Assembly (NCBI GenBank): GCA_043228905.1
Contig: JBHGNT010000012.1
Coordinates: forward strand, 17,546,001-17,610,000
Direction of reading: 5' to 3'
DNA from: Azolla caroliniana
Lineage: Eukaryota; Plantae; Polypodiophyta
Length of the DNA: 64,000 bases
Below the pieces are notes generated by a model. The model made no database searches, was not told the DNA's origin, and saw only the letters and a program-made list of their open reading frames with translations. Shown here piece by piece: positions 1 through 10,600 of the stretch. Position 1 is the first letter of the stretch; each line of letters opens with the position of its first letter. The position numbers and the translations under genes were made by a program.

Positions 1-154
1 TATATAGTGGATGTAAAAGGGAGAAGATTACAACACTCTCGATTACTGAGTGTATCAACCTCACATGGCTATTGGCGATTGTTGTTACGAACACAATTAT
101 GGTGCCACTCTCTCTCTCTTCTCTCTCTCTCTCTTCTCTCTCTCTCTCTGAAAC

Positions 155-494
155 GATTAAAAAGATAAGGGAATGTGAGCTACATCGACTAGAAGCTATG
201 GTTGGGGTACCTTCTACATTGGGACCACATCCACATCGAAACCCTTTGACCTCCTGCTTCTTTTCGAGAGACTTGGATAGAAATGAAACTAGGCCTAGTA
301 TAAAGCCATTTCATTGTAGAACATGTTTGTTATTTTACTAGAACTATTTAGCTTAAGCTCTATTTTTATTTTATTTTATTTTACTTTCAATGAATGGGTA
401 AATATCCCATTTTGTTGTAAACCAATTGTCTCATGGGCCAATTTTGGCCTTAGAAGAAGTTAATATATCCTTCTTTCTTTCTTTCTTTCTTTCT
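155..494 (+). mobile_element. 5'-truncated 3' end of the RTE-X-like LINE family also present at 50570-55326
   Basis: Colinear, highly similar to 54975-55326 (e.g. CTAGAAGCTATGGTTGGGGTA, GAAACCCTTTGACCTCC, TTTTGTTGTAAACCAATTGTCTCATGGGCCAATT, TTAGAAGA.GTTAATATATC). Ends in a (TTTC)n tail and starts just after a (CT)n tract. Confidence 0.8.
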
Positions 495-1025
495 GATAGT
501 AGAGGCTAATCCCATATTCTGTTCAACTCACACTCTATGTTTTGCCCTAGATGTATTTATACTCATACATCATATGTGCTATTTACAAGTGTAACCCCTA
601 CTACACATCGTTATTATTATTATCATTATAGTAATAATAATAATCAACAGTTAATCAACCGACTCTCTACTGTCGACTCCTCGACTCTCGGTACTCAACC
701 TGAACAATCGGCCCCTCCATCTCTTCGACAGTCGTCTCTTCTAGGCCCGAACAGTCAGGTCCTCCCACTGGAGGGACATATTCCCAACAGTTTGTTGTAC
801 ACATCCGTTGTAGGTCCTAACACATTCTTCCGCATAACACATTCAACATTGAGAAGCTCTCTCCCAAATAAAAAAGTGGGTGCTTTTTTAATTTTTGCAT
901 GTACTACGTTTGTTTTTTAGTTTGCATGCTCCACTTTTCCTTCTTATGCCTAATGCTAGGAAAATGGTAACCATAATGTCCACCATCACATTCATTTATC
1001 CACTTAATATCTGATTGTTCAAATA

Positions 1026-1079
1026 GGACTCGAACCTCTAGCCTGCAACTCATAGCGCATGCTTTTGCCAATTGAGCAA
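1026..1079 (-). other. tRNA-like Pol III internal promoter cassette (SINE head or LTR relic)
   Basis: Minus strand reads TTGCTCAATTGG (A-box-like), ~31 nt, then GGTTCGAGTCC (consensus B-box). No acceptor stem recognised, so not called a tRNA. Confidence 0.55.
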
Positions 1080-1329
1080 AGCTTTTTTGTTATAGTTAAT
1101 ATGTCTTTCTTACCACACCCTTGATGTATCATTCAGCCTTTTCTTTTTCAAAACAAAATATCCTTCCATTATTTTTAAAAAAGCATATCAACTACAACGT
1201 ACAAAATAGATGGAAAGGAAACGACTATCCTTCCCCAGCTTGTCTTGTGTAAGATAATTGCTAGCCATGGATCCTTCATTTAACTGAGCTGAGGAAACAA
1301 ATCTATATACATCCAAATTAGAGGAAACC

Positions 1330-1560
1330 AACCAACTCCTGAGTCTCTGATTGTACCTCTCTCATAATAGTAATAGTCCGGAGCCTGTGGGCTTCCGTGG
1401 TTTTTCCCTCTTAGCGTTTTCCACGTAAACATCCTGTGTACTCTCTATTGTTCGTGTGTGTTCGAGTATTTCTCTCTATTCCCATTTCTGTGTTTGATTC
1501 CCAACGAAGTGATTCAAGACTTGGTTGTGGCCGAGCTATATTCCACGTTATTCTCTTCAA
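1330..1560 (+). mobile_element. possible LTR (R/U5) relic
   Basis: Motif GTGGTTTTTCCC...TTTTCCACGTAAA..CTGTGT resembles the U5 region of many plant Copia LTRs. No termini or TSD identified. Confidence 0.3.
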
Positions 1561-2125
1561 ATACACGACTAATCAATTGGGATAGGTGAAAATATGATAC
1601 ACTGTGTACTTAGTTAAAGGGAAAATAGAATTATATTAGAACAATTCAATTAATATTCTTCCTTTTCGTACATACAATTTGAATTTTTCACCCTTCGGGT
1701 TACCTTAATAAATATTTTGGCAATCTGTTATCCTTTTGTTTTTATCTTTGAGTGCATATTCGTTGGCTAGGATGTGTAAAGGATAGAAAACTATTTATTG
1801 CTTCGACAAAAAATCCCCATATTGTTGGAGATGGACACTTCTAACTCTCCCTTTTCCACACTCATGAAGATAATTTAACACACCATCATGATTAGAAGTA
1901 GAAAGATAGAGAGTACGGAAAAATATTATACCTTTGGTTTAGAGTCGAGTCTTGTATTAGTTCAACACTAGTGAGAAAATTGGCAATTTTCTAATTAAAT
2001 TTGGAGACAAGTTATTTCCTAATTGGAATGTATGGTCTAACTTGGCTTAAGGATACAATTTGTTTTTGCATCATGTATGGTAAAGGGACTAAGCTAGCTA
2101 AATACCATGATGTCAAATTAGGTTG

Positions 2126-2392
2126 TGTTGAGCGAGCAAGCTCAACCAGATCCGGATCGGCTAAATAAGCCAGAGCCGGATCGATATCCGAAACAGAGAG
2201 CCGGATCGGATTGAAACCGGTAGGTTGTTAGAGGCCTACGGATCTAGCCTAGTACGTAGGCATAGTTTTGGGAGTTAGTGACATTCGCTCGTATGAGCAT
2301 TGAAGTACTTGTCAGTCCTTTATGGACTTGTATAAAGTGCTCTCTGAGCACATTTGATGTACAGAGAGTGTTTTTAATTGAGTTTATGTTCT

Positions 2393-2446
<54 letters not shown>

Positions 2447-2534
2447 GTGTATGCTAAGTACTCTCAAGCTTCCATTGAACCTGTGTTTATTCTCTATCGC
2501 TACCTGGCTAAACCGTTTTTATCAAGCTTCCACG
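2126..2534 (+). repeat. 5' LTR (3' end deleted, expanded (CT)n)
   Basis: Starts TGTTGAGCGAGCAAGCTCAACC and aligns to 3735-4144, then jumps straight into RT sequence GAGCACCTTCAGTGTG. Confidence 0.88.
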
Positions 2535-2689
2535 AGCACCTTCAGTGTGTGCATCGACTATTGCGATATGTGAGTGGCGTGAAGGATCGGGGACTATTAT
2601 ACCGACACGGTATAACCAGAAAGCTAGTTGGATATACCGATGTCGATTGGGTTGGTGATGCATCGGATTGTTGATCCACCTCTGGTTAC

Positions 2690-3469
2690 ATGTTTTCTCT
2701 TGGTAGCGTGGTTGTTGCATGGAGCAGCAAAAAGCAGCCAACAGTGGCTCTATCGAGCACCGAGGTTGAATATCATAGAGCTATCGTTGCCACCTGTGAA
2801 GCCAGATGGCTTCGGCGATTGCTACACGACCTCCAGATCGAGGTGCCGACCCCGATCCTGATTTATTGTGACAACGTAAGCAGCATACAACTCGCTAAGA
2901 ACCTTGTATTCCATGCTCGGACAAAGCACATAGAAGTGCATTATCACTTTGACCGTGAGCGGATCCTGAGTGGTGAAGTTGAACTTAGGTATGTTCACAT
3001 GGATCGGCAAGTCGCCGACATCTTCACCAAGTCGCTCGGATCGGACAAGTTGCAACACTTTTCAGAGATGCTTGATCTACAACATCTCGATGTGTCGCAC
3101 TTGAGGGGGAGAACGGATGGCACCGGACAAGGAGTCGGAGAGGAAGAAAGAACCAAGGAAGGAGATGAGCAGAAAAATGAAGTTGAGTCGACCGAAGGAG
3201 TCGGCACATCCAAACAAGTCGGAGCAAGCGGCAACGACGGTAGACTCAAGAAGGACAGAGCCGACCGGAAGAAGGCCAAGACCCGGACGTGGTCCAATGT
3301 GGTGAAAACGGAAGACGAGTTGGAGACTACCAACTCGGACAAGAGCCGGAAGGAATCAGAGGCAACCGATTCAGACAAGAGCTGGAATGAATCGGAGGAA
3401 GCCGATTCGACTCAACAATTTGATTCGGAGGAGTCGGGTCAACTAAAGGCCAAGTGGATGAGAAGGTAG
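2690..3469 (+). pseudogene. Copia RNase H plus charged low-complexity tail
   Basis: RNase H motifs as above. Upstream RT end has a stop, and there is no gag/PR/IN. Confidence 0.85.
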
Positions 3470-3734
3470 TGGAAGTCGACACCGATATAGAGGAACTGAT
3501 GGGTCGACAAGCGTCGGAGTCATAGCAGCGAAGGAGCTAAGATGGGCCTGTTGAGTAGACAAGCCGACCAAGGAGGTCGAGGTGCGCAGAACCAGACGGG
3601 TCGCGGGAAACGGAACCTGACCGGACGAGGAGCGCGAGCAAAGGAGCGAGGACACTAGAAGGAGCCGGAGAAAAGGGCCAGCTACTATAGACACTGACAC
3701 CACAATCCCACCTCAAGTTGAGCTTTAGGGGGAG

Positions 3735-4156
3735 TGTTCAGCGAGCAAGCTCAACCAGATCCAAATCAGCTGAACAAGCCAGAGCCGGATCAGTGTCCGG
3801 ATGGTATCTGGAACCAGGAGCCGGATCGGATTGAAACCGGTAGGCCGTTAGAGGCCTACAAGTCTAGCCTAGTACGTAGGCATAGTTTTGGGAGTCAGTG
3901 TCAGTCGCTCGTATGAGCATTGAAGTACCTGTCAGTACTTCTATCAATCCTTTTATGGACTTGTATAAAATGCTCTCTGAGCACATTCTATGTACAGAGA
4001 GTGTTATTATTTTTTAATTGAGTTTATGTTCTACTCTCTCTTTCTGTCTCTCCCGTGTATGCTAAGTACTCTCAAGCTTCCATTGAACCTGTGTTTATTC
4101 TTTGTCGCCACCCGGCTAAACCGTTTTTATCAAGCTTCTGCACGCTAACTTTAAAA
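3735..4156 (+). repeat. 3' LTR
   Basis: Starts TGTTCAGCGAGCAAGCTCAACC right after the PPT; ends ...CTTTAAAA (CA terminus mutated), followed by TSD GGTTG. Confidence 0.88.
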
Positions 4157-5685
4157 GGTTGGTCACATGACTGAACATCTACCTCCCGATATTATTTCTG
4201 ATTATGATATTTTCATGAACTTGCTAGAAGTACTTTGGTGTCGCAATATCTTCAATGGAAATAGAGAAGGTTGCGAGGTATGTAGGACACAGATAAGTGT
4301 GGCTCATGTGAGAAGGTAACTTTGAGCATTGTCCATTTGTGGACAATTTTGTGGATTATGAAGTTTATGTTACCCAAGCAAATAAAGAAGTTATTGCAAA
4401 TGATTCTAGTGCAAGCGCACCAACAAGCAGAAGAATAAGAACAAACAAGTGTTATAAGAGGCAATCAAACAATATAAGAGTTCACTAAATAAAGGGATGT
4501 AGGAGTCTTAGAGGAGTGTCCTTGGGGATTTCGCAAATAAAGCACTTGAGGGGGAGAGTTAGAGTGAACAATTTCTAAGAGACCTTTTCACTATGTTCAA
4601 CAAACAGAATGGTTGGGAAACCTAACGGTTAATGTTTTGTGCCATGTGCCACGCATTAGTATTATAGGTCATGTAGGGATCTAGTGGTAGTTTAGATAAA
4701 GTATTACACATGCTATTGTTGTTTCAATTATATTGAGTATGATCAATTGTGATATGCATTAACTTAGTAATTATTGAGCCAATTGTGTGCACATCCTTAC
4801 ACACATTAATCTATGTAGATGGAATTTAAATGACTAGAAATTCTACATCCTAGGGAAATTCTTAAACACAAGTAGAAAAAACTTGACCAAATCTAGCAAA
4901 AAACCAAACCACTTTCACACAAGTGCAACAGAAGCTAAATAATTTATGACTCCAATAGCTTAGGTAGATTGCTTTGTTTCTACATAAAAGTTTTTCATAG
5001 TCAGGAAAGTAGTAACGGAATTAGGTGTCCAAGTTACTTGATCTAAATATCCACTCAATATGTAATATTGGGTCTTGTTTAACTTGTGGTGAGAAATTAT
5101 TCATCTCATCACTAACTACAACAAGACGGACTAGTAAAGTGCAAGGGAAGCATTATAATGATGTTTTCAACGCATTGTCATTTTTTGGTGAAGAATTGTG
5201 ATCTCTAGGTTATAGCTACATAATCATTGCCTAGTTATTTAGTGCACATTGTAGACAATCTAAGTCATGGAATGGAGCCTTGCATGTGGAATAGCTTGTG
5301 TACCTTCTTGAGTAAACTAAAAGGAATTATGATATGATTCATCAAGAAAAAGGTTAATTTCCCTAGATTCAATCATATTCACGTGTCAATCAAGCACCAA
5401 GTATATTATAAATACCATAGAGCTTTACAAATTGTACAACACACATTCATCATGGGGTGAAGAACCAATGATGCTTCATTTATATGAGGGAACAACACAA
5501 ACCAAAACGTGGAGGGGATCCCGAATATTCGATAAAGCAATTAAATGCCATTAAATTTACAAAAGTTGCCCTACATGTTTATGAAATGCCCTTGGTTATT
5601 TCAGTCTGCCAAGAATACCTGATGCCTTAGTTTTCTCAATCTTCCCAAGAATATGTGACTGCTTTTTTGAGTTATGCACAAGCTC

Positions 5686-5688
<3 letters not shown>

Positions 5689-5726
<38 letters not shown>

Positions 5727-6700
5727 GTAAATAATGGCTTTCATTATGAAAGAACAAAAACACCCCCATGACTAACTTACAACAAAGTATAGAACCCTTC
5801 TAGGAATCTAAATACTACTCTACTATGACGACAAACTCAATGACACCCTACACACCAATTCAAATTTCATTGTGACCTTACGAATATGATGATATGTGAC
5901 CTTGGAAAGTTCTCTCTCTTCATGGTTGATATTTCGTGACTTCTCTAGCACTGTCAATTGCTACAAAAGAAATCCTTTTAACTCTACAACATTTTTTCTC
6001 ACCCCAACTTGCGAATTAAAAGTGAAGGCATTCTGCACATTCCAATTGAACCATAGTCCCCAATACCTCTAGAACTCAAAAATAATTTGGAAATGAGCCA
6101 TCGATTCATTGTTCTCCATATGTGCAAAAATCCATGTTAAGGAAGATAAGGTTACTCCAGTTTGAGACATCCACAATAATTTGATACACCTCCAAACCAT
6201 CCTACTATGTTCCAATTCCACCAAACAAAAGAAACATGTTCCTCTAGAAAGGTTTCTTTTTTTTTAATGTATCCCCGCATTGGTAAATCTCCAACCATAA
6301 CTCTCCAAATGAATACCTTCGCCCGTCACATCAATCGAGAGCACCACCCTGCCTTCATCACATGAAACTACCAGGTAATGAACTTACGAAAACCCCATCG
6401 TTGTAATCCTTTCTTCCATGCACTTACATTTATCAATCAACTTGAGATAAGCATCATTTATTGAGATCATAGTCAATCTCCGATTTCCAAAAAACGTCCA
6501 ATTAAGCTCTTGAGATCCCCCATCTAAATCAAGAAAAGAGAGGTGGGACGAAGAGAGGGCACTCCAAGATGACCGGACAAACCAAAAGCGAACATTTTTT
6601 AGCAGAATTATAAGGAGACAAACCAAATTCGAAACATTGTCACGTAAAATTGCATGTAGTTGAAGTTGCGACTCTCGTCGTCCTAAAAAGCTTACCAAGC
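5689..6700 (-). mobile_element. degenerate L1-type LINE 3' fragment with (GA)n end
   Basis: Minus-strand translation gives an ORF2 C-terminal Trp-rich pattern (RMVWRCIKLLW...RYWGLWFNWNVQNAFTF) and ends at a (GA)n tract. Confidence 0.45.
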
Positions 6701-7023
6701 AACGTAAAGAATGAATGAATTGGGGATCACAAAAAACGTTGTCATTTTAAATTTGAATCGCATTTATGTTTTGTAAGAAAAGATGTACAAGAATAATGTA
6801 CGTGAAGAGGAAAGAGGAGAAAAAACAGGCCAAAAGAATGAACATAATGACATGACAAAAAATAAAGGGTACGCATTTTATTTTGCTCCTTTCATTTCTA
6901 AAACAGGAAACGCATTTGTGTTTTTTCTTCTTCTTTTTTGTAATGGATAAGGAACGAATAATAAATAGTAGCGCAGCAGTAAAAAAAACGAAGGAAGAAG
7001 AACAAAGTCGGTCTTTATCCATT

Positions 7024-7082
7024 TATAATAATAATAATAATAACAATAATAATAATAATGATGATGATGATGATGATGATGA
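7024..7082. repeat. compound (AAT)n(GAT)n microsatellite
   Basis: Directly visible. Confidence 0.95.
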
Positions 7083-7123
7083 ACGTTGTAATGATTGGTT
7101 TGGTTATACATTATGGGCAGTGT

Positions 7124-7256
7124 GGTTTCACACGACGTGGCTAGAGGATGGGCGGTTTCCACGTCGAGATGACCGGTTTCACACGACGTGGCGGAAAGCT
7201 GGGCGTTTTCACACGGCGCGGCGGGAACGGGCGGGGCGGTTTCACACGACGTGGCA
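7124..7256. repeat. cluster of short direct repeats GGTTTCACACGACGTGGC downstream of the EXORDIUM gene
   Basis: Copies at ~7124, ~7175, ~7238, degenerate at ~7203 and ~7153, and a partial one at ~7325, separated by non-identical GC-rich spacers. Confidence 0.8.
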
Positions 7257-7359
7257 GGGCGGGTGGCCAGGAGGGGCCTCCTTCCGACCCACGAGAACGT
7301 AAGGGGGTCCAGAACGTAAGGGCGCGTTCACACGGCGGGGCCGGCCGTCCGTCCGTCTG

Positions 7360-8433
7360 TCATCGAGGCGACGGGAGCTTAACCGGCGTGCACCGCTTGG
7401 ACGCGGGGCTCCACATGGCGGGCAGAAGGAAGCGGCGACCGTTGGCGCCGGCGACGTTATAGGCGGCGCCGCTATGTCCGGGGGGGTCATTGAGGAGGCT
7501 ACCGGGGTTCCCCGGGTAGGCGCCGTCGCCAAAGATGCCGGCGCAGGCGGACACCGCCTCCAGCGGGGCCCTAGCGTCACCCTGGTAGTAGCCGCCGTTT
7601 TGGAAGGGGTTGGTGGCGGCGCCGCCCAGCACGGTGGCCATATTTATGACCATTCCCTCCACCCCCACGTCCCCGTTGGGCGGCACCAGCGCCTCCTGGC
7701 CTTGCGGCCCATACTCCGCCTTCGCGAATGGCCAGGCGCAGTAGCCCGGACATTGCCTCCCCGGGTTCCCCACCCACCCGTACGCCACCCTCTGGCGTTG
7801 GCTGGACCCCCCACCTTCCACCGCCGCCGAGTCGTGGAAGCCGCAGGAGCTCATGCAGAACTCCTCCACCTTCACCTCCTCACTGGTGAGGACGAAATAC
7901 AAGCCGCTCTCGTCCAGCGGGAGCTCCCCCTTCTTCAACCTCTCCATCACCACCGCCTCTATGTCCGCCTTCTTCAGCACCGGCTCCGAAGCCGAACTCG
8001 AAGCCGAAGCCGCCGAAGCCGAACTCGAACCTGAAGCCGAAGCCACCGACGCAGACTGCGGCGCTAGCACGACCCTGGAGGAGACGCTGGCGTTCGATCC
8101 GTCGGTGTAAGCGGAGGCCATGGACCACCACGACGCCACGGAAGGCGCGCTCCCATTAGCGGAAGGATCAGAGAATGAGGAGGCGAAGTCGGAGAGGATG
8201 GATTTCTGAGCAGGAGAGAAGGAGCCATACCAGATGAAGTAGAGGTTGATCGGGTGAGGGGAGGTGAGGAGGGGGCCATTGTGGTATGTGAGGATGGTCT
8301 GAGGAGTGGGGACCAGGAACAGGAGGCGGGGGACTCTGCGGGCGGAGAAGGAAGAGAAGAAGAAGAAGAGATGGAGAAGGAGGAAGGTGAGGGAGGCGAT
8401 GGTGGGGCTTCTTCTGCAGGGAGTGGATGGCAT
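7360..8433 (-). CDS. EXORDIUM / phosphate-induced protein 1 (PHI-1) family secreted protein, intronless, 357 aa
   Basis: Signal-peptide-like hydrophobic N-terminus. Family motifs LTYHNGPLL, IWYGSFSPAQKSILSDF, PSVASWW, FCMSSCGFH, WVGN..QCPGYCAWPF, PPNGDVGVEGMVIN, NPF..GYYQG..APLEAVSACAGIFG.GAYPG, GRRFLLPAMW. Confidence 0.96.
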   Translation of the reverse strand: MPSTPCRRSPTIASLTFLLLHLFFFFSSFSARRVPRLLFLVPTPQTILTYHNGPLLTSPHPINLYFIWYGSFSPAQKSILSDFASSFSDPSANGSAPSVASWWSMASAYTDGSNASVSSRVVLAPQSASVASASGSSSASAASASSSASEPVLKKADIEAVVMERLKKGELPLDESGLYFVLTSEEVKVEEFCMSSCGFHDSAAVEGGGSSQRQRVAYGWVGNPGRQCPGYCAWPFAKAEYGPQGQEALVPPNGDVGVEGMVINMATVLGGAATNPFQNGGYYQGDARAPLEAVSACAGIFGDGAYPGNPGSLLNDPPGHSGAAYNVAGANGRRFLLPAMWSPASKRCTPVKLPSPR

Positions 8434-8514
8434 GGTTAACTCGATCGACAGAACAGAACAGAACAGAACAGATCAGAGTCACAGACGCAGACACAGTGAT
8501 GGAATGAAGCCGTT

Positions 8515-8690
8515 TCTTTATAAGGGGCGGGGGGCCGTTTCGTCACAGACCGCCTCGAAACGGGCAGGCACTGGCTTTTTTTTTAAACAGAATAAATGAC
8601 GGTCCAGCTGGAATCAGCTGCTCCTGCTCAGCTGGCAAACCCCTGCCACGTCGGCTTCCACATCAGCAAGTTGGGTTGCTGACGTGGACC
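8515..8690 (-). promoter_or_regulatory. EXORDIUM core promoter: TATA box and ACGT (ABRE/G-box-like) elements
   Basis: TATAAA on the minus strand at ~8517-8522, ~85 bp upstream of the ATG; GCCACGTC at ~8645 and TGACGTGG at ~8680. Confidence 0.55.
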
Positions 8691-8850
8691 CCCCCCCCCC
8701 CCTTGAAACTCCATCGGTTTTTTTCCCTAGTTTCTGGCAGGACCTCACGAGCGGGCGGGCGGGGTGCATGCCCACACACATTCCCCCGCGCTCAATATCC
8801 TACCAGTCGTTTTTCTTCTTATCGACCCTCCAACCGTTCAAGCTTTTTCA

Positions 8851-9212
8851 CTCATGTATCAGATATATATGGTTGCTATTGGATGATGAGGCTTTTTGTT
8901 GTGTGCGTAAAACATCGAGAATCAATCGTACGCGCGTTTTCGCTCATGTATCAGTTATGGTTCCTATTGGATGATGTGGCTTTTTGTTGTGTGCATAAAA
9001 CATCAAGAATCAATCGTATGCGCGTTTTCGCTCATGTATCAAATAATATGGTTCCTATTGGACATGAGGCTTTTTGTTGTGTGTGTAAAACATCAAGAAT
9101 CAATCGTATGCGCGTTTTGGCTCATGTATAAGATATGGCTCCTTTTGGACGATGAGGCTTTTTGTTGTGTGCATAAAACATCGAGAATCAATCGTATGCG
9201 CCTTTTGGCTCA
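8851..9212. repeat. tandem array, ~90-bp unit x4
   Basis: Units start CTCATGTAT at 8851, 8943, 9031, 9121; shared core GGCTTTTTGTTGTGTG..TAAAACATC.AGAATCAATCGTA. Confidence 0.95.
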
Positions 9213-9340
9213 ACAGTATGTATAATATAGATTTTGTTTCTAGTCAATAGCTAACATCCGCCTACCGTGAGATGTTTATATGCATGTTAACCTAGTGGGA
9301 TTACATGCAATACTTGACTCGATGCATGAAACCTCTCTCT

Positions 9341-9428
9341 TAGATCACACACATGAATCATCCACTTTACTAGATCACACGCATGAATCACCCACTCTAC
9401 TAGGTCACACACATGAATCATCCACTTT
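9341..9428. repeat. tandem array, 30-bp unit x3
   Basis: TAGATCACACACATGAATCATCCACTTTAC repeated at 9341, 9371, 9401. Confidence 0.92.
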
Positions 9429-9649
9429 AGGACACCAATTGTTCTAAAGGACATGGTTCATACATACACATGAGAGATGAAATGTAGCAAAACATAATGC
9501 CGCATGGAAATCATCGCCGTAATTAAAACAATTACGGATGTCGATTTAGACGGTTCAATACATGTAACTTTCAGAATTTTGGAGCAACATAGAAATTATA
9601 TCAAATGATATATTTTCTTTTACTAGAATATATTTGTTCATGAAAACAC

Positions 9650-10600
9650 TTGGCTAAGTAAGGTCAATTGGGACATGGGTCGATCCTTATGCGGGACAAG
9701 GAAGCCATCCCCTTCTTCCAATTCACAACCAAATTGGATTGCCACGTCCTAGCTGCTCAAATAGATAGGGAATAGGATGTTACAAAGATATGACACACAT
9801 ATCATGTCCCCCTTACAACTATTGCCAAGTTTTAACAACAATTATGGAAACAACTGTAATAAACTAGGCGAATTACCACGTTTCAATGCCTATTAATACA
9901 TAGATCACTGCCGGTTGGAGTGTGGCATTGTGGGATCCTTTGCTCTCCTAATTGTGTAGCATGTCCCAATGAAATAGAATCAATCCGACACAATCTATGG
10001 GACTACCAAGAGACTCATTGAATATGGCAGGGGGGTTGGTCGACTATTGCAATTATGCTAGGTGTAAGGCACATTCAAGCGGGGGAATGTATGTTGGTTA
10101 TCATGGCAAGCCCCAATTGACACATACAAACATCAGGAAGAGGGAATGACGATGGTGATAAATGCACAAGAGGTCTCGCTTTCCACCACCAACCATGTTT
10201 ACTCAACTCCCATCAATGCCAAAGATCAAGTCGTGCTAGAATTGGTCAACCCAATAACAATATGGACTCTCCAAAAACAATATTATAAGTGGGTCTTCTC
10301 CAATCAACCCGTGCCCTAGGTGACATTATTCTAATAGATAGTTATAGCCATGCTAAAGAGCCAATACGATGGCATCATAGCGGATCCAATGTAGCCGAAA
10401 GACAACGATTAGACTTCATCCAACAATGGTTGTCCTCTCCCTCTCTTGAGTCAGTGGGCCTCGAGTCTCTTCTAGGAGTTGTATATAACATTCACAATTA
10501 AAATTTTTTAATACTAATTGAACGAGTTTTGTTTTTTGGGAAAAAAAGAAGAATATAATGGATAGACATTGCCAACAATTCCGCCTCTTATAAAAAACAC
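9650..10600 (+). mobile_element. degenerate L1-type LINE 3' fragment
   Basis: 10340-10445 (CTAAAGAGCCAATACGATGGC...GAAAGACAACGATTAG.CTTCATCCAACAA) matches the reverse complement of 58180-58280 and encodes the ORF2 C-terminal motif also seen in the LINEs at 25320-25608 and 40496-40789. Boundaries are approximate. Confidence 0.55.

Larger units (their letters stand above)
2126..4156 (+). mobile_element. internally deleted Ty1/Copia LTR retrotransposon
   Basis: 5-bp TSD GGTTG (2121-2125, 4157-4161); two homologous LTRs; PPT TAGGGGGAG before 3735. The interior holds only the RT C-terminus and RNase H (WSSKKQPTVALSSTEVEY, IYCDN, HARTKHIEVHYHF, ADIFTK). Confidence 0.92.

Noticed and set aside
4160-4700. 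PPT-like TTGAGGGGGAG at ~4546 suggesting an older Copia end
   Set aside because: No TG-started LTR partner or convincing coding motif; too weak to call.
7124-7256. Repeat-spacer pattern superficially like a CRISPR array
   Set aside because: Repeats are only ~18 bp, spacers are irregular and short, there are no cas genes, and the context is eukaryotic.
6747-7302. ORFs with poly-N/D/H/Y runs
   Set aside because: Translations of the (AAT)n(GAT)n microsatellite and repeat cluster; no family motifs.
7242-8599. Many overlapping ORFs around EXORDIUM
   Set aside because: Shadow ORFs of a GC-rich CDS.
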